Assembly (NCBI GenBank): GCA_027491435.1
Contig: JAOZFG010000004.1
Coordinates: 202,626-266,625, forward strand
From: Thermoproteota archaeon
GTDB taxonomy: Archaea > Korarchaeota > Korarchaeia > Korarchaeales > Korarchaeaceae
Length of the DNA: 64,000 bases
Direction: 5' to 3'
Numbering within the stretch: the stretch's first letter is position 1; every line of letters starts with the position of its first letter. Both the position numbers and the translations under genes were made by a program. Shown piece by piece: positions 36,183-44,736 of this stretch. The notes beneath the pieces were generated by a model. That model had not been told where the DNA came from, made no database searches, and worked only from the letters and a program-made list of their open reading frames with translations.

Positions 36183-36915
36183 CAGGTTTCCCTTTTTCTC
36201 TGCGGGACCCCCTAGAGAATTTATGTTTTTCTATCAGCTCGCCTAGCACACCTATGAGTTCACCGCTTAAATCAAAGACATACGCCTCATCAAGATCCAC
36301 GCATTTAGGAAATATCGGCCCCTTTACTTCCAAGTTATTTAACATCCCGTAGCCTGTAAGCTCGTTAAATGGAGGCATTATCAACACCTTGGGAGGAACC
36401 CCCTCGCATGAGGTCTCCGCCAGCACCCAAACAGGTTCAGAGAACCCCCTAACCCTGATAGTCGGGTGAACGTGGCCCATTATCCCTATTCTAAAGTTGC
36501 TTGACTCCTCCGGCGGCATAGCGTGGCCATGGAATAGCCAAGAGTCATCCAGCGGGAGCCCCCTTCCATCCACAACTTTAGTTTCCTGTGTATTCACCAA
36601 CCCGCCGTCGTGGTTACCCTTTACCACAACTACCTCATCGAACTGCTCCCTCACGACCTCAAAGAACCTAGATACCCTATCCAGGGAAGAGGAGGTCAGA
36701 CCAATGTCGTGCTTTAAATCACCATTGACGACGAGCTTCCTTGCTCCTGTGAGCTTTCCAAGTGAGATCACCCTCCTAGCCAGTTTTTCCGTCTGATCTG
36801 GCAGATATACCCCCGAGAACATTAATTCTAGCTCAAACCCGAGGTGTAGATCGCTGATCACAAGGGTCCCACCTTTAATTATGACTGCCCTCTCCTTCCA
36901 CAGGGGTTCTATCAT
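36166..36915 (-). CDS. Calcineurin-like metallophosphoesterase (COG1407-like)
   Basis: SDLHLG, NGDLKH, GNHD, HGH and GHVHP motifs. Confidence 0.9.
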   Translation of the reverse strand: MIEPLWKERAVIIKGGTLVISDLHLGFELELMFSGVYLPDQTEKLARRVISLGKLTGARKLVVNGDLKHDIGLTSSSLDRVSRFFEVVREQFDEVVVVKGNHDGGLVNTQETKVVDGRGLPLDDSWLFHGHAMPPEESSNFRIGIMGHVHPTIRVRGFSEPVWVLAETSCEGVPPKVLIMPPFNELTGYGMLNNLEVKGPIFPKCVDLDEAYVFDLSGELIGVLGELIEKHKFSRGSRREKGKPVERGR

Positions 36916-37270
36916 TTCAGACGAGGCCTCCTACATATTTGAGGTGCTGAGGGAATTACCTTGGGCAAGCTCTATAAAAGCTCTTAAGGCGGCCTTGGGG
37001 ATGAAGGTTAGGAAGGTGAGGTTCAAACCAAGCAATAGGACCCTTCACCTGGTTTCAGGTGTTACGGGGGATCACTTAGTCACCGACTGGTACTGTAGCT
37101 GTCTCGACTTCTACGTTAGAGTTCTAGTCAGGGAGGAGAGGAATTACTGCTACCACATTGCTGCAAAGAAAATAGCGGAAAAATTAAATTTAATAATTGA
37201 AAATAAGGTAACTGACAGAAAGTACCCTGAAATAATACTTAAAGTAGCCAGGGACGACAATATATTGTAG
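36881..37270 (+). CDS. SWIM zinc-finger protein (start uncertain)
   Basis: YCSCLDF...CYHIAA motif. Confidence 0.8.
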   Translation: MTALSFHRGSIISDEASYIFEVLRELPWASSIKALKAALGMKVRKVRFKPSNRTLHLVSGVTGDHLVTDWYCSCLDFYVRVLVREERNYCYHIAAKKIAEKLNLIIENKVTDRKYPEIILKVARDDNIL

Positions 37271-37330
37271 ATTTAACCTCGACAAATAACGTAATCCTTA
37301 TATTACCAAATCTCCCTATTTAAGTAGTGG

Positions 37331-38101
37331 ATGAAAATGTCTCTTGATATAGAGGATGACCAGGAGATCCTCTCCACTTACCACAGGAGGATTCTCAAAG
37401 AGATGGTCGCGAAGAAGATAGCAGGCGACATATTGTTCAGTCAGAACATAGGAATGGCCATGAGGAAGTGGAGAGAATATTTCGGCGTTAAGCAAAGTGA
37501 ACTGGCCAGGATGCTCGGCGTGTCAGCTTCCGTGGTCTCCGACTATGAGTCCAGCAGGAGGAAGAGCCCTGGATCCTTAGTTTTGAGGAGGTTCATCCTT
37601 ACCCTGATAGAGGAGGATGAGAAGAGAGGGGGCAACGTGATAAAAACCCTGGCGAAGACCTCAGGCATGATACCGATGCTCTCAAGCGTCATTGATATGA
37701 ACGAGCTGACCGTCCCGATGGAGCTGGATAAGTTCATTGAGATAATAGATGGTATCCTGCTGGTGGAAGCGCCTCAAAAGACCTACATTCACGGTTACAC
37801 AGTGATAGACAGTCTTAAGGCCATAGAAAACCTTTCAGGTAATGACTTCATGAGGTTATTCGGCATGTCCACCGAGAGGGCCCTCATATTCACTAAGGTG
37901 ACCATTGGGAGGAGCCCCATGGTGGCCTTAAAGGTCACAGACATAAGGCCAAGCCTAGTGGTCCTTCATGGGCCTGATCCAGACAAGGTGGATAGGCTGG
38001 GCATAAAGCTAGCCCACCTTATGAGGATCCCCTTAGCAGTTACCAGAATTGAAAACATTTATAATTTGGTGGAGAGGCTCAGGTCTCACCTAGGTGAGTA
38101 G
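37331..38101 (+). CDS. HTH transcriptional regulator (COG1709-like)
   Basis: IAGDI, KWRE.FGVKQSELA, SDYESSRRKSPG and GRSPMVA motifs. Confidence 0.88.
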   Translation: MKMSLDIEDDQEILSTYHRRILKEMVAKKIAGDILFSQNIGMAMRKWREYFGVKQSELARMLGVSASVVSDYESSRRKSPGSLVLRRFILTLIEEDEKRGGNVIKTLAKTSGMIPMLSSVIDMNELTVPMELDKFIEIIDGILLVEAPQKTYIHGYTVIDSLKAIENLSGNDFMRLFGMSTERALIFTKVTIGRSPMVALKVTDIRPSLVVLHGPDPDKVDRLGIKLAHLMRIPLAVTRIENIYNLVERLRSHLGE

Positions 38102-38593
38102 ATGAACACGAGAGAGGTCACGCTGTCCGCCGTAATAGCAGCCGCTTACGCGGCCTTAACCCTGTTACTGGCTCCAATATCATACTACCAAGTGCAAGTA
38201 AGAGTCGCAGACTCCTTACTAGCCCTATCTTTGTTGTTCGGATGGCCTTCCATAGTAGGGGTGACTGTGGGTTGCTTCATAGCAAATATCTTAGGTCCCT
38301 TCGGGCTAGTAGACGCTGTGGGAGGGAGCATAGCTAATTTAGTGGCTACACTGATTGGATGGAAGCTCAGAAGAAACAAACTCGTCTCTTTAGTTTCTAT
38401 GGCGGTGGTGGTGTCGGCTATAGTTTCATCTTACCTCTACGCGCTGTTCAACGTTCCCTATCTTGTGACATTCGCTTATATACTCGCGGGATCATTAATA
38501 TCGATAACAGGTATAGGGTACGTCCTCCTCAAAGCTTTAGAGAGGACCACCAGGGCGATCAGGCTAGAGGCTGCCGTTCACAATCTTAGCTAA
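38102..38593 (+). CDS. queT: QueT-family transporter
   Basis: AAAYAALT...PISY..VQVRVA and GCFIAN motifs. Confidence 0.85.
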   Translation: MNTREVTLSAVIAAAYAALTLLLAPISYYQVQVRVADSLLALSLLFGWPSIVGVTVGCFIANILGPFGLVDAVGGSIANLVATLIGWKLRRNKLVSLVSMAVVVSAIVSSYLYALFNVPYLVTFAYILAGSLISITGIGYVLLKALERTTRAIRLEAAVHNLS

Positions 38594-38811
38594 AAGCTCC
38601 AAAACTTCCCCCCGTTTTCTAAAATTAATGTTTCTGAAAACTCTAAATTAGGATATCTTCAACCTACCAGACACGTTAAGAGATAGTTAATTTAATTCGT
38701 TAATCGTTGATTTTCGTCTAAAACATAAATATTTTTAGATTATCCCCGCGGGACCCCGAGGTCTCCTATAGGACCTATTCTCCCGATTCTATAAGAGCCT
38801 TGGTGGGTGAT

Positions 38812-39897
38812 ATGAAACCGAGCAGAGAAGTAGGCATCGTAGGATGGGGGGTATACGTTCCTCAATGGAGGATAACTTCAGAGGAGCTCGCTAGAGGGTG
38901 GGGCAGGGAGTGGAAGAGGTACGCCGCTGGCATAATGGTGGAAGAGAAGAGCCTACCTGGCCTTGACGAGGACACATTCACCATAGCCTATGAAGCATCT
39001 GTGAACGCTCTAAAGAGGGCTAGGATAGACCCCGCAAAGATAAGGGCCGTATACGTTGGGACCGAGTCCAAACCCTACGCGGTAAAGACCACAGCTTCGA
39101 TACTAGTCGAGGCCCTAGGTGCCGGTGGCGATGCTAGGATGACCACTGGGGCGGACTACGAGTTCGCGTGCAAGGCCGGGACGGAGGCAATACAGACCTC
39201 CATAGGGCTGATAGGTTCGGGCATGATCGACTACGCCCTGGTGGTGGGAGCTGACACGGCTCAGGGCGCGCCTGGAGATGCCCTAGAGTACACAGCTTCA
39301 GCAGGAGGGGCCGCATTTGTGCTGGGCCCATCTTCTGAGTCCGTAGCGGTTATCAAAGCGTCCTTGTCACACGTGACCGACACTCCTGACTTCTGGAGGA
39401 GGCAGCATGAGAGGTATCCGGCCCACACCAGGTCATTTACCGGCGAGCCAGCCTATTTCAAACACATAATGGCTGCTGCGAAAGCACTAATGGAGGAGGT
39501 AGGCACCACGCCGGACGATTACGATTACGCCATATTCCACCAGCCCAACGGGAAGTTTCCCCTCAGGGTGGGGCAACGGCTGGGCTTCACCCCCGACAAG
39601 ATAAAACCAGGCCTGATAACCCCCTACATAGGTAACACCTACAGCGGCTCGGCCTTAGTGGGCCTGTCTGCTGTGCTGGATCAGGCTGAACCGGGCAGCA
39701 AGATACTGATGGTATCCTTCGGTTCAGGGGCCGGAAGCGACGCTTTTCACATAGAGGTCACCGACAAGGTGGTGGAAGTGAGGGACCTTGCCCCTAAGGT
39801 CATGGATTACGTTAACAGGAAGAGGTACGTGGATTACTCCACCTACGCCAGGTACAGGAGGATGATAAAGATGTTACACGACTTCAGCTCGTACTGA
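38812..39897 (+). CDS. Hydroxymethylglutaryl-CoA synthase (archaeal)
   Basis: [14 protein letters not shown] (catalytic Cys), HQPN, GNTYSG and FGSGAGS motifs. Confidence 0.96.
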   Translation: MKPSREVGIVGWGVYVPQWRITSEELARGWGREWKRYAAGIMVEEKSLPGLDEDTFTIAYEASVNALKRARIDPAKIRAVYVGTESKPYAVKTTASILVEALGAGGDARMTTGADYEFACKAGTEAIQTSIGLIGSGMIDYALVVGADTAQGAPGDALEYTASAGGAAFVLGPSSESVAVIKASLSHVTDTPDFWRRQHERYPAHTRSFTGEPAYFKHIMAAAKALMEEVGTTPDDYDYAIFHQPNGKFPLRVGQRLGFTPDKIKPGLITPYIGNTYSGSALVGLSAVLDQAEPGSKILMVSFGSGAGSDAFHIEVTDKVVEVRDLAPKVMDYVNRKRYVDYSTYARYRRMIKMLHDFSSY

Positions 39898-39906
39898 GGT
39901 GATGAT

Positions 39907-41055
39907 ATGAGGGATGTTTACGTTGTAGGGGCTGGTCTAACCCCTGTGGGCAACCACTGGAGGCTAGGGATTAGAGATCTGGCAGTTCAGGCATCGATAA
40001 AGGCTATGGAAGCCGCTGATAATCCGAAAATAGACTATATAGTGGTGGCTAACGCCTTATCCGGTATAGTGGACGGACAGGAGAACTTAGGGGCCTTAAT
40101 AAGCGACTACTTAGGGATGATAGGAACACCCTCACTAAAGGTTGAGGCAGCTGGAGCTTCAGGAGCCGCTGCCGCCGTCACGGCAGCTGGCCTGATAAAG
40201 TCCGGCATGGCTGACAACGTTTTGCTGGTTGGCGTTGAAAAGATGACTGATTATACGGCCCTTGAGGACTCTAACATGGCGTTGAGCACGTCTATCGAGA
40301 GGGAATATGAGGCTTTCTTCGGGGCCACCTTGGAAAGCTTACACGCCATGGTCATGCGCTCCTACATGAGGAAGTATAACGTAGAGGAGGAGGCCTTCGC
40401 GGCAGTACCGGTTCTAATGCATGAGCACGCCTCTACAAACCCATACGCGCAGTTCAAGTTCAAGCTGAAGAGAGAGTCTTACATGAGGTCCCCCTACCTG
40501 GCCGAACCGCTCAAACTTCTGGACGCTCCCTCTATAGGGGATGGGGCCGCAGCTGTAATCCTTTCAGTCTCACCCAACTCTCCCGGGGGTGCCGTCAGGG
40601 TTTCATCATGGGGTCAGGCCACTGACCACGTGAGCCTTTACATGAGGAAAAGCGTGACCGAATTCCCAGCTGTTAGGCTCGCTGTTAAAAGGGCCTTGGA
40701 GAGGGCCGACCTTAAGCTCAGCGACATCTCCTTCTACAAGATACACGATAGCTCATCAGTAGCTGCTCTCATAGAGATTGAAGAAATGGGCTTAACTGAG
40801 AGGGGCAAGGCCATAGAGCTGGTTGACAGCGAGGACTCCAGGAGAAATGGGTCAACTCCGATAAACCCTGACGGAGGTCTTAAAGCCAGGGGACATCCCT
40901 TGGGAGCCACTGGAGTTTATCAGATAGCTGAAACCTATCTACAGCTCACTGACAAGGCAGAGGGGACCCAGGTTAGCGGGGCTAGAAGGGCCCTACTACT
41001 ATCAGCCGGAGGGTTGGCCTCTAACGTGGTGGTTCACGTTCTAGAGAGGGTGTGA
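39907..41055 (+). CDS. Archaeal thiolase-family protein lacking catalytic cysteines
   Basis: GVEKM, DGAAA, NPDGGL and GHPLGATG present; EAAGAS and HDS replace EAACAS and HDC. Confidence 0.88.
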   Translation: MRDVYVVGAGLTPVGNHWRLGIRDLAVQASIKAMEAADNPKIDYIVVANALSGIVDGQENLGALISDYLGMIGTPSLKVEAAGASGAAAAVTAAGLIKSGMADNVLLVGVEKMTDYTALEDSNMALSTSIEREYEAFFGATLESLHAMVMRSYMRKYNVEEEAFAAVPVLMHEHASTNPYAQFKFKLKRESYMRSPYLAEPLKLLDAPSIGDGAAAVILSVSPNSPGGAVRVSSWGQATDHVSLYMRKSVTEFPAVRLAVKRALERADLKLSDISFYKIHDSSSVAALIEIEEMGLTERGKAIELVDSEDSRRNGSTPINPDGGLKARGHPLGATGVYQIAETYLQLTDKAEGTQVSGARRALLLSAGGLASNVVVHVLERV

Positions 41056-41468
41056 CCATGTGGGCCTACTGGTTAAGCGTTCCCGAACACTGGAGGGAGA
41101 TCCCCGCGAGGTATAGGCTGGAAGGAGGACAGTGTGAAGACTGCGGATTTAAAATGATACCTAAGAGGGACGTCTGTCCCAGATGTGGATCTAAAAACGT
41201 GAAGACAGTCAAGCTCCCTAGGAGAGGGAGGGTTCTGGAGTACACCAAAGTCTGGAACCCGCCTAGAGGGTATGAGTACTACACCCCCTACGTGATAGCC
41301 TTGGTGGAGTTAGAGGACGGTACAAGGCTGACCGCCCAGCTAACGGACGTGGACCCCGACGAGGTCGAGGAGGGCATGGAAGTGGAGATGGTCCTCAGGA
41401 AAGTGAGGGTCAGCGGAGAATCAGGCCTCATAGCCTACGCCTACAAGTTCAGGCCGCTTCTTAAATGA
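41052..41468 (+). CDS. DUF35 Zn-ribbon/OB-fold protein (thiolase-HMGS scaffold)
   Basis: CxxC...CPxC, PYVIALVELEDG and AYKFRP motifs. Confidence 0.92.
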   Translation: MTMWAYWLSVPEHWREIPARYRLEGGQCEDCGFKMIPKRDVCPRCGSKNVKTVKLPRRGRVLEYTKVWNPPRGYEYYTPYVIALVELEDGTRLTAQLTDVDPDEVEEGMEVEMVLRKVRVSGESGLIAYAYKFRPLLK

Positions 41469-41504
41469 TTAATAAATCCCCTCCCCATTTTTTCGTGTGG
41501 TTAC

Positions 41505-42845
41505 ATGCTCCACTACAGGGGAAGGGCTAAACGGGTTCTGGAATCCCTGGGCATACAGGATTACGACAGGATACGCGTTAGGAGGGGCAGATTAACATAT
41601 GAGGGAATCTTGATACCTCGGCCTGAGATACTGGACGACGATCACATAATCCTCAAACTGGACAACGGCTATAACGTAGGAATAAGCCTAAATGGGGCTG
41701 AGATAGAGCTTGTTAAGAGAAGCTCCATTATCAAGGAGGAGAGGGCGGAGCTAGGCAGGTTTGACCCCAGGAAACCGAAGGTCCCGCTGATAGTGACGGG
41801 AGGTACCATAACTTCTAGGGTAGAGTACTCAACCGGGGCGGTCAAATCTTATGAGAGGCCTGAGGAGCTACTGGATAAAGTTCCAGAACTTGCCGACATA
41901 GCCTACGTTGAGTATGTTCCACTATTCGCCGAGTTCAGCGAGAACCTGACCAAGGATCACTGGACTAGAATAGCTGAAGAGGTGTATAAAATGCTGAAGG
42001 GGGGCGCGGAAGGGGTGATAATAGCCCACGGAACTGATACGATGCACTACACCGCTGCGGCCCTCTCCTTCATGTTGAGAAACTTGGACAAGCCCGTCAT
42101 ACTGGTTGGGTCTCAGAGGTCTATAGACAGGCCTTCCTCAGATGCCGTACTTAACCTGATAGCTTCAGCTAAGATGGCAGCCGAAGGGGAAATAGCTGAC
42201 GTAATGATAGTTATGCATGGGAGCCCGTCAGATGAATTCGCCTACGCTATCAGGGGGACCAGGGCTAGGAAGATGCATACCTCGAGGAGGGACGCCTTCC
42301 AACCGGTTAACGAGCCTCCCCTGGCCTTAGTGAGCAGGAACTCCATAAAGGTGATCAACCCTAGGTACAGGAGGAGAGTTAAGGGGGAGAGCCATGTGTT
42401 TTTAGACGCTAAGATGGACGATAAGGTCGCCTTGCTTTATGTATGGCCTGGAATGCCTGCAGAGCTCTTATCTGACGTGGCAGATAGGTTCAACGGTTTT
42501 GTCCTGGCGGGAACTGGTTTAGGACATACTCCCAAGTGGATAATTCCGAAAATTAAGGAAATAGTTGGAATGGGGAAGCCGGTGGTGATAGCCTCCCAAT
42601 GCCTCTTTGGCAGAGTTGACTTGAAGGTCTATGAGACTGGAAGGAGGCTTCTAGAGGCGGGAGCGATTCCAGCTGATGACATGTTACCTGAAGTGGCCTT
42701 GGTGAAGCTTATGTACGTTTTAGGTCACACGAAGGACATGGATGAGGTCTCCAAGATGATGAGGGCCAACCTCTCCTTTGAGATAGGGTCTAGAATCAGC
42801 TTGAGGGACTTCCCCCCGTGCTGGGGTGTCTGCAATGGACTATAG
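41505..42845 (+). CDS. gatD: Glutamyl-tRNA(Gln) amidotransferase subunit D
   Basis: KLDNGYNVG, TGGTI, HGTDTM, GSQRS and KMHTSRRDAF motifs. Confidence 0.96.
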   Translation: MLHYRGRAKRVLESLGIQDYDRIRVRRGRLTYEGILIPRPEILDDDHIILKLDNGYNVGISLNGAEIELVKRSSIIKEERAELGRFDPRKPKVPLIVTGGTITSRVEYSTGAVKSYERPEELLDKVPELADIAYVEYVPLFAEFSENLTKDHWTRIAEEVYKMLKGGAEGVIIAHGTDTMHYTAAALSFMLRNLDKPVILVGSQRSIDRPSSDAVLNLIASAKMAAEGEIADVMIVMHGSPSDEFAYAIRGTRARKMHTSRRDAFQPVNEPPLALVSRNSIKVINPRYRRRVKGESHVFLDAKMDDKVALLYVWPGMPAELLSDVADRFNGFVLAGTGLGHTPKWIIPKIKEIVGMGKPVVIASQCLFGRVDLKVYETGRRLLEAGAIPADDMLPEVALVKLMYVLGHTKDMDEVSKMMRANLSFEIGSRISLRDFPPCWGVCNGL

Positions 42846-44736
42846 GGGGCTAGGTCTTAAGGTGGGGTTGGAGATCCACCAAAGGCTCAAGACTCACAAG
42901 CTGTTCTGTGGGTGCCCCTCTCACCTGAGGGAAGACGAACCCCATCAGTGGGTTAAGAGGAAGCTCGGCGTCTCGTACAGCGAGCTAGGGGCCATAGATC
43001 CAGCTGCGAGGTTTGAGTCAATCAGGGCCAGAGATTTCTTCTATGGGGTGTACCACGACACCACGTGCGAGGTTGAGATAGACGAAGCCCCTCCCGTTCC
43101 CCTCAATAGGGAAGCCCTAGAAATCTCACTTCAGATAGCTGAGATGTTCAACATGGAAGTGGTGGACGAGGTACACGTGATGAGGAAGATAGTGGTGGAC
43201 GGAAGCAATACGACCGGGTTCCAGAGGACGGCTCTAGTAGCTTTAGGTGGAGATTTCAGCGCAATATCAACTAAGTGGGGTGACGTCAGGATAGCAACCT
43301 TGTGTCTAGAGGAAGAATCCGCCTACATAGTTGAGAGCAAGCCCTCTTACGCCAAGTACAGGCTGGACCGATTGGGTATACCCCTTGTTGAGATAGCCAC
43401 CTACCCGGACATATGGCACCCCGATCAGGCCAAGGAAGCGGCCCTTAAGATAGGCAGGATGTTGAGGGCCACCGACAGGGTGCTTAGGGGGATAGGAACC
43501 ATAAGGCAGGACATAAACGTCAGCATAGAGGAGGGGGCTAGGCAGGAGATAAAAGGGGTGCAGGAGCTAGATCTCATCCCCAAGATAATTGAAAGGGAAG
43601 TCCAGAGGCAGCTGAACCTGCTCAAGATCAGGGATGCGATGAGGGGTAGGGGGTTAGGCGAGGGAGACTTCAACCAGTCCGTGAGGGACGTCACTCACCT
43701 GCTTGTGGAATCTAAGTCGAAGCTGGTTAGGAAAGCCCTATCCTCCGGTAAAAAAGCCCTGGCAGTCAGGCTTCCTGGGATGAAGGGGCTCTTAGGCGTG
43801 GAACTCCAGCCTAACAGGAGGTTTGGCACCGAGCTTTCAGATTACGCCAAGGTTTTCGGCGGCGTTAAGGGCATACTTCACGGGGACGAACTGCCTGGCT
43901 ACGGGATAAGTGAAGAGAAGGTCTCAGCAGTTAGGGAGGAGCTAGACTGCCAGGGAGATGACAACTTCGTTATAGTGCTAGCCGATCCCGACAGCGGGAA
44001 GTTGGCTCTACAGGCCGTTTTGGATAGGGTAAAGCAGGCCCTTAAAGGAGTTCCAAACGAGACCAGGAGAGCACTACCTGACGGTAATACATCCTTCCTG
44101 AGGCCGATGCCAGGATCAGCCAGGATGTACCCGGAAACGGACATACTGCCTGTGATAACCAGGCCTTACTTAGAGGTGGTCAGGTCTGTCAGGGTGAAGA
44201 CCCCCGAGCAAGTCATCGGGGAACTCGTGGAGGGCTACGGGCTCACTGAAGAACTGGCCTGGGAACTCTTTGATTCAGAGAAGGACAGGCTGTTCATCAG
44301 GGCTTACTTAGAAAACAAGGGCCTTCCCTCCAGGTTCTTCGCCTCCGTTCTAACGGGCCTAATGAAGTCCTTGAAGAGGGAGGGCTTTGACGTTGACAGG
44401 ATCAGCGATAAGCACCTGCTGGATATAGCCACCCTGCTGGCCAAAGGTGAGCTGGCTAAGGAGGCGGTAGAGGAGGTGCTCAAGGGGATTGCTCAGGGTA
44501 AATACAAGGACGTCCTACAGTACCTGAGAGAGGCCAGGATATCAGACCAGGAGCTTGAGAGGGTCGTGGACGAGGCTATTAACAGGTTGGAGGCGAAGAT
44601 AAAGGAGAAGGGCGAGAGGGCTTTCAGCGCAGTGATGGGCGAGGTCATGAAAGTGGTTAGGGGTAAGGTGGACGGGGCCAAGGTGAGCAAGCTGGTCAGG
44701 AGGAAGATAAAGGAGAAGTTAGAAGAAGTCAGTTAG
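42835..44736 (+). CDS. gatE: Glutamyl-tRNA(Gln) amidotransferase subunit E
   Basis: GLEIHQ, DGSNTTGFQRT, RQDINVS and RMYPETD motifs. Confidence 0.96.
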   Translation: MDYRGLGLKVGLEIHQRLKTHKLFCGCPSHLREDEPHQWVKRKLGVSYSELGAIDPAARFESIRARDFFYGVYHDTTCEVEIDEAPPVPLNREALEISLQIAEMFNMEVVDEVHVMRKIVVDGSNTTGFQRTALVALGGDFSAISTKWGDVRIATLCLEEESAYIVESKPSYAKYRLDRLGIPLVEIATYPDIWHPDQAKEAALKIGRMLRATDRVLRGIGTIRQDINVSIEEGARQEIKGVQELDLIPKIIEREVQRQLNLLKIRDAMRGRGLGEGDFNQSVRDVTHLLVESKSKLVRKALSSGKKALAVRLPGMKGLLGVELQPNRRFGTELSDYAKVFGGVKGILHGDELPGYGISEEKVSAVREELDCQGDDNFVIVLADPDSGKLALQAVLDRVKQALKGVPNETRRALPDGNTSFLRPMPGSARMYPETDILPVITRPYLEVVRSVRVKTPEQVIGELVEGYGLTEELAWELFDSEKDRLFIRAYLENKGLPSRFFASVLTGLMKSLKREGFDVDRISDKHLLDIATLLAKGELAKEAVEEVLKGIAQGKYKDVLQYLREARISDQELERVVDEAINRLEAKIKEKGERAFSAVMGEVMKVVRGKVDGAKVSKLVRRKIKEKLEEVS

